This document shows, one piece after another, positions 61,278 to 64,000 of a stretch of 64,000 nucleotides of DNA; within the stretch, counting starts at the first letter, position 1, and each line of letters begins with the position of its first letter. The DNA is from Candidatus Ghiorseimicrobium undicola (GTDB lineage: Bacteria > Omnitrophota > Gorgyraeia > Ghiorseimicrobiales > Ghiorseimicrobiaceae). A program made the position numbers and the translations under genes. The notes beneath the pieces are model-generated. The model was not told where the DNA came from. It saw only the letters and a program-made list of their open reading frames with translations, and searched no databases. Location of the stretch: NCBI GenBank assembly GCA_002796125.1, contig PCWA01000109.1:1347-65346 (forward strand), given 5' to 3'.

Positions 61278-64000
61278 TTATTTTGTCTCTTTGTTTGCAC
61301 CTGGCTCTTCAATATTTTTTACGATATCGATATTTTGGTGGCTATGGAAACTTGTCCCCGCCGGTATTAAGTGCCCGACAATAACATTTTCCTTAAGGCC
61401 AAACAGCTCGTCGCTTTTACCAGCTGCCGCGGCTTCGGTAAGAATCTTGGTTGTCTCCTGGAAACTGGCCGCAGATATAAAACTTTCGGTGCTGAGCGAG
61501 GCCTTAGTGATTCCCAATAAGATCGGCGTAGCGGAAGCGGCTTTGCCTTTTTTCTTCATTACTCTCTCATTTTCGTCGCGAAATGCCCATTTATCAACCT
61601 GTTGATTGGTTAAAAATACGGTATCGCCCGGTTCATCAATTTTTACTTTTTTAAGCATCTGGCGTATAATTAACTCTATGTGCTTATCGTTAATTCGCAC
61701 ACCCTGCAGACGGTAGATTTCCTGCACCTCATTAACCAAATATTCTTGTAAAACTTTATCTCCGCAAACACGTAAGATATCCTGAAGGACCACAGGGCCA
61801 TCAGTTAATTGCTGGCCGGCGTTAACTTTATCCCCTTTATATATATTTGGATGCTTACCGTGGGGAATGGCATATTCCCTTTTCATGCCCGTGGGGCTTT
61901 TTACAATGATCGCGCGCTGTCCTTTTTTCGATTCTCCAAATTCCACAAAACCGTCTAACTCGGAAATTAAAGCTGGGTCTTTCGGCCGCCTGGCTTCGAA
62001 TAATTCAGCTACCCGTGGTAAACCGCCTGTTATATCGCGGGTCTTCCCAACCACGCGCGGAATCTTAGCCAAGAGATCGCCTGCTTCAACCTTATTTCCA
62101 TCCTCAACCAATATATGCGCACCTATAGGAATAGAATAAATCCCGGCAACCTCGCCTTTATTATCTAAAATCAAAATATGAGGATGATACTCGGCTTTAT
62201 GCTCAACAATAACCCTTTCCACTAATTTTGTGGCAGGATTGAGCTCTTTGCGCATAGTGATATTTTCTTTAATGTCTTCGAATTTTACAACACCGGCGAC
62301 TTCCGTTAAGGTAGGAATATTATAAGGGTCCCAGCGAATAAAAACGGAATCTTTATTGACGGTTTTACCGTCAGGAATATATATAACAGCACCCTGCGGA
62401 ACGGGATAGCGTTCGAATTCCCGCCCTTCTTCATCATTTATGCTTATGGCGCCGTTTCTATTTAAAACAATAAACTCTTTTGACTTGTCTACAACTTTTA
62501 GGTTATGATACTTAATAAAACCTTTATTTTTGGCCTTAAGATAAGATTGCTCAACAATACGGCTTGCCGTGCCTCCTATATGGAAAGTTCTCATAGTAAG
62601 CTGCGTTCCTGGTTCACCTATCGATTGTGCCGCGATAATCCCGACAGCTTCTCCTGCTTCGACTATTCTTCCTGTAGCTAAATTTCTACCATAACACTTG
62701 GCACAGACTCCTCTAGCTGTTTCGCAGGTCAAAACGCTTCTAATGCGTATTTTTTCGATACCCAGCATCTCTATCCTATCTGCCTTTTCTTCGGTAATCT
62801 CCTGCCCTGCTTCAACTATAATGTCATCGGTAATAATATCGACAATATTATCCAGGGCTATCCTGCCCACAATCCTATCTTTTAAGCTTACGACCACCTC
62901 ATCGCCTTCGATAATTGCGCTCAAGGTGATGCCGTTTAAAGTACCGCAATCGTCATCGATGATTATAACTTCCTGTGCTACATCTACCAGCCTGCGCGTA
63001 AGATAACCGGCGTCCGCTGTTTTCAACGCGGTGTCAGCTAACCCTTTTCTAGCGCCATGCGTCGATATAAAATACTCCAGAACGGTCAATCCTTCTCTAA
63101 AATTTGCCGTTATCGGGCTTTCAATAATCTCACCCGAGGGCTTGGCCATTAAACCGCGCATTCCGGCGAGCTGGCGTATCTGTAACCTGGATCCGCGCGC
63201 GCCAGAGTCAGCCATCAGAAATATCGGGTTAAAACTATCCATTTCCGTGAAAACTAAATCTGAAATCTTGTCAGTCGTATGCGTCCAGATATCGATTATC
63301 TTATTATAACGTTCCCTGTTTGTAATTATACCCTTACGGTACTGATCATCAACCTTTGCCACTTCCTGTTTTGCTTCGGCCAAAACAGCCTTTTTCTGTT
63401 TTGGTATCTTTAAATCATCAATGGATATGGAAAGGCCGGCAATAGTCGCGTATTCGAATCCCAACTGTTTTAAATCATCAAGAAGTTTTATTGTTACATT
63501 ATGGCCAAAACGCTTAAATGAAATAGAAACTACATCGCCTACGCTTTTCTTACCCATATTAAGGTTGACAAAGCCGAATCCTTTCGGCAGAGACAAATTA
63601 AATATTACGCGGCCCACGGTTGTATCAATAAATTTTCTTTCGTTTATAAGTTTATTTTCTCCCATGTCGAAGACTTCATCTATTCTTACTTTAATCTTAG
63701 ACTGTAAATCAATAACATTATCGTTATAAGCCATTACCGCCTCTTCGCAATCAGCGAATATCTTGCCTTCACCTTTGGCCTGCGCTTTTTCCCGCGTCAA
63801 ATAGGCAATTCCCAAAATTATATCTTGCGTAGGTGTTATGATCGGGCGGCCGTCAGCAGGAGAAAAAATATTATTTACGGACAGCATCAATATACGGCTC
63901 TCTATCTGTGACTCCAATGAAAGCGGCACATGTACCGCCATTTGGTCTCCGTCAAAATCGGCATTGAATGCAGTACATACCAAAGGATGGATTTTTATCG
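61278..64000 (-). CDS. rpoC: DNA-directed RNA polymerase beta' subunit (partial; N-terminal part lies beyond the window end)
   Basis: [14 protein letters not shown] catalytic motif; the ORF runs off the window end. Confidence 0.95.
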   Translation of the reverse strand, partial: IKIHPLVCTAFNADFDGDQMAVHVPLSLESQIESRILMLSVNNIFSPADGRPIITPTQDIILGIAYLTREKAQAKGEGKIFADCEEAVMAYNDNVIDLQSKIKVRIDEVFDMGENKLINERKFIDTTVGRVIFNLSLPKGFGFVNLNMGKKSVGDVVSISFKRFGHNVTIKLLDDLKQLGFEYATIAGLSISIDDLKIPKQKKAVLAEAKQEVAKVDDQYRKGIITNRERYNKIIDIWTHTTDKISDLVFTEMDSFNPIFLMADSGARGSRLQIRQLAGMRGLMAKPSGEIIESPITANFREGLTVLEYFISTHGARKGLADTALKTADAGYLTRRLVDVAQEVIIIDDDCGTLNGITLSAIIEGDEVVVSLKDRIVGRIALDNIVDIITDDIIVEAGQEITEEKADRIEMLGIEKIRIRSVLTCETARGVCAKCYGRNLATGRIVEAGEAVGIIAAQSIGEPGTQLTMRTFHIGGTASRIVEQSYLKAKNKGFIKYHNLKVVDKSKEFIVLNRNGAISINDEEGREFERYPVPQGAVIYIPDGKTVNKDSVFIRWDPYNIPTLTEVAGVVKFEDIKENITMRKELNPATKLVERVIVEHKAEYHPHILILDNKGEVAGIYSIPIGAHILVEDGNKVEAGDLLAKIPRVVGKTRDITGGLPRVAELFEARRPKDPALISELDGFVEFGESKKGQRAIIVKSPTGMKREYAIPHGKHPNIYKGDKVNAGQQLTDGPVVLQDILRVCGDKVLQEYLVNEVQEIYRLQGVRINDKHIELIIRQMLKKVKIDEPGDTVFLTNQQVDKWAFRDENERVMKKKGKAASATPILLGITKASLSTESFISAASFQETTKILTEAAAAGKSDELFGLKENVIVGHLIPAGTSFHSHQNIDIVKNIEEPGANKETK

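Noticed and set aside
1-64000. CRISPR arrays, rRNA or tRNA genes
   Set aside because: There are no regularly spaced direct repeats with unique spacers. No intergenic segment has tRNA-like length or structure, and there is no rRNA-like conserved sequence. The large spacers are all explained by the repeat elements, CIRCE, rpmJ or promoters.

Overview
This 64 kb window comes from a low-GC (roughly 38-40%) bacterial chromosome. Every confident gene is on the minus strand except one IS transposase. Everything below is read from the sequence and ORF translations by eye; no searches or folding were run.

Gene content, in order:
- Partial pilN, then pilM, hflX and a metallo-beta-lactamase-fold hydrolase.
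- A tightly packed 13.4 kb metabolic block: a YacP/NYN protein, an MprF-type membrane protein, pckG, trxB, lipA, a small Cys-rich ORF, def, panD, ackA, pta split into two ORFs, trxA, two GGDEF proteins and an orphan MalK-like ATPase.
- accD, a DUF1015 protein, a VanZ-like protein and an FmdB zinc-ribbon protein.
- The hrcA-grpE-dnaK-dnaJ heat-shock operon with a CIRCE operator.
- A 1084-aa PAS-GGDEF-HD-GYP sensor.
- An IS256-family insertion sequence with 8-bp target duplications, lying in the 3' end of bioA.
- A complete bioB-F-H-C-D-A operon with a BirA-type operator, then leuD-pilT-leuC and aspC.
- A contiguous ribosomal-protein run (rplQ-rpoA-rpsD-rpsK-rpsM-rpmJ-infA-map-adk-secY and the spc, S10 and str operons) ending in partial rpoC.

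The most unusual content is non-coding:
- A family of at least five paralogous, highly structured 90-240 bp intergenic repeats. Each ends within a base or two of the start codon of adk, rplF, rplV, rpsJ or pilT. Their hairpins show compensatory base changes between copies, and they replace any Shine-Dalgarno sequence.
- A second, about 60-80 bp leader repeat (rplR and leuD) in which a CCCTTCCT segment can pair with the SD.
- A roughly 235 bp MITE with IS256-like termini and a GC-rich palindromic core.
- A roughly 140 bp palindromic repeat present as two inverted copies bracketing the 13.4 kb metabolic block.
- A hairpin-terminator leader in front of the PAS-GGDEF-HD-GYP gene.

No rRNA, tRNA or CRISPR array is evident.
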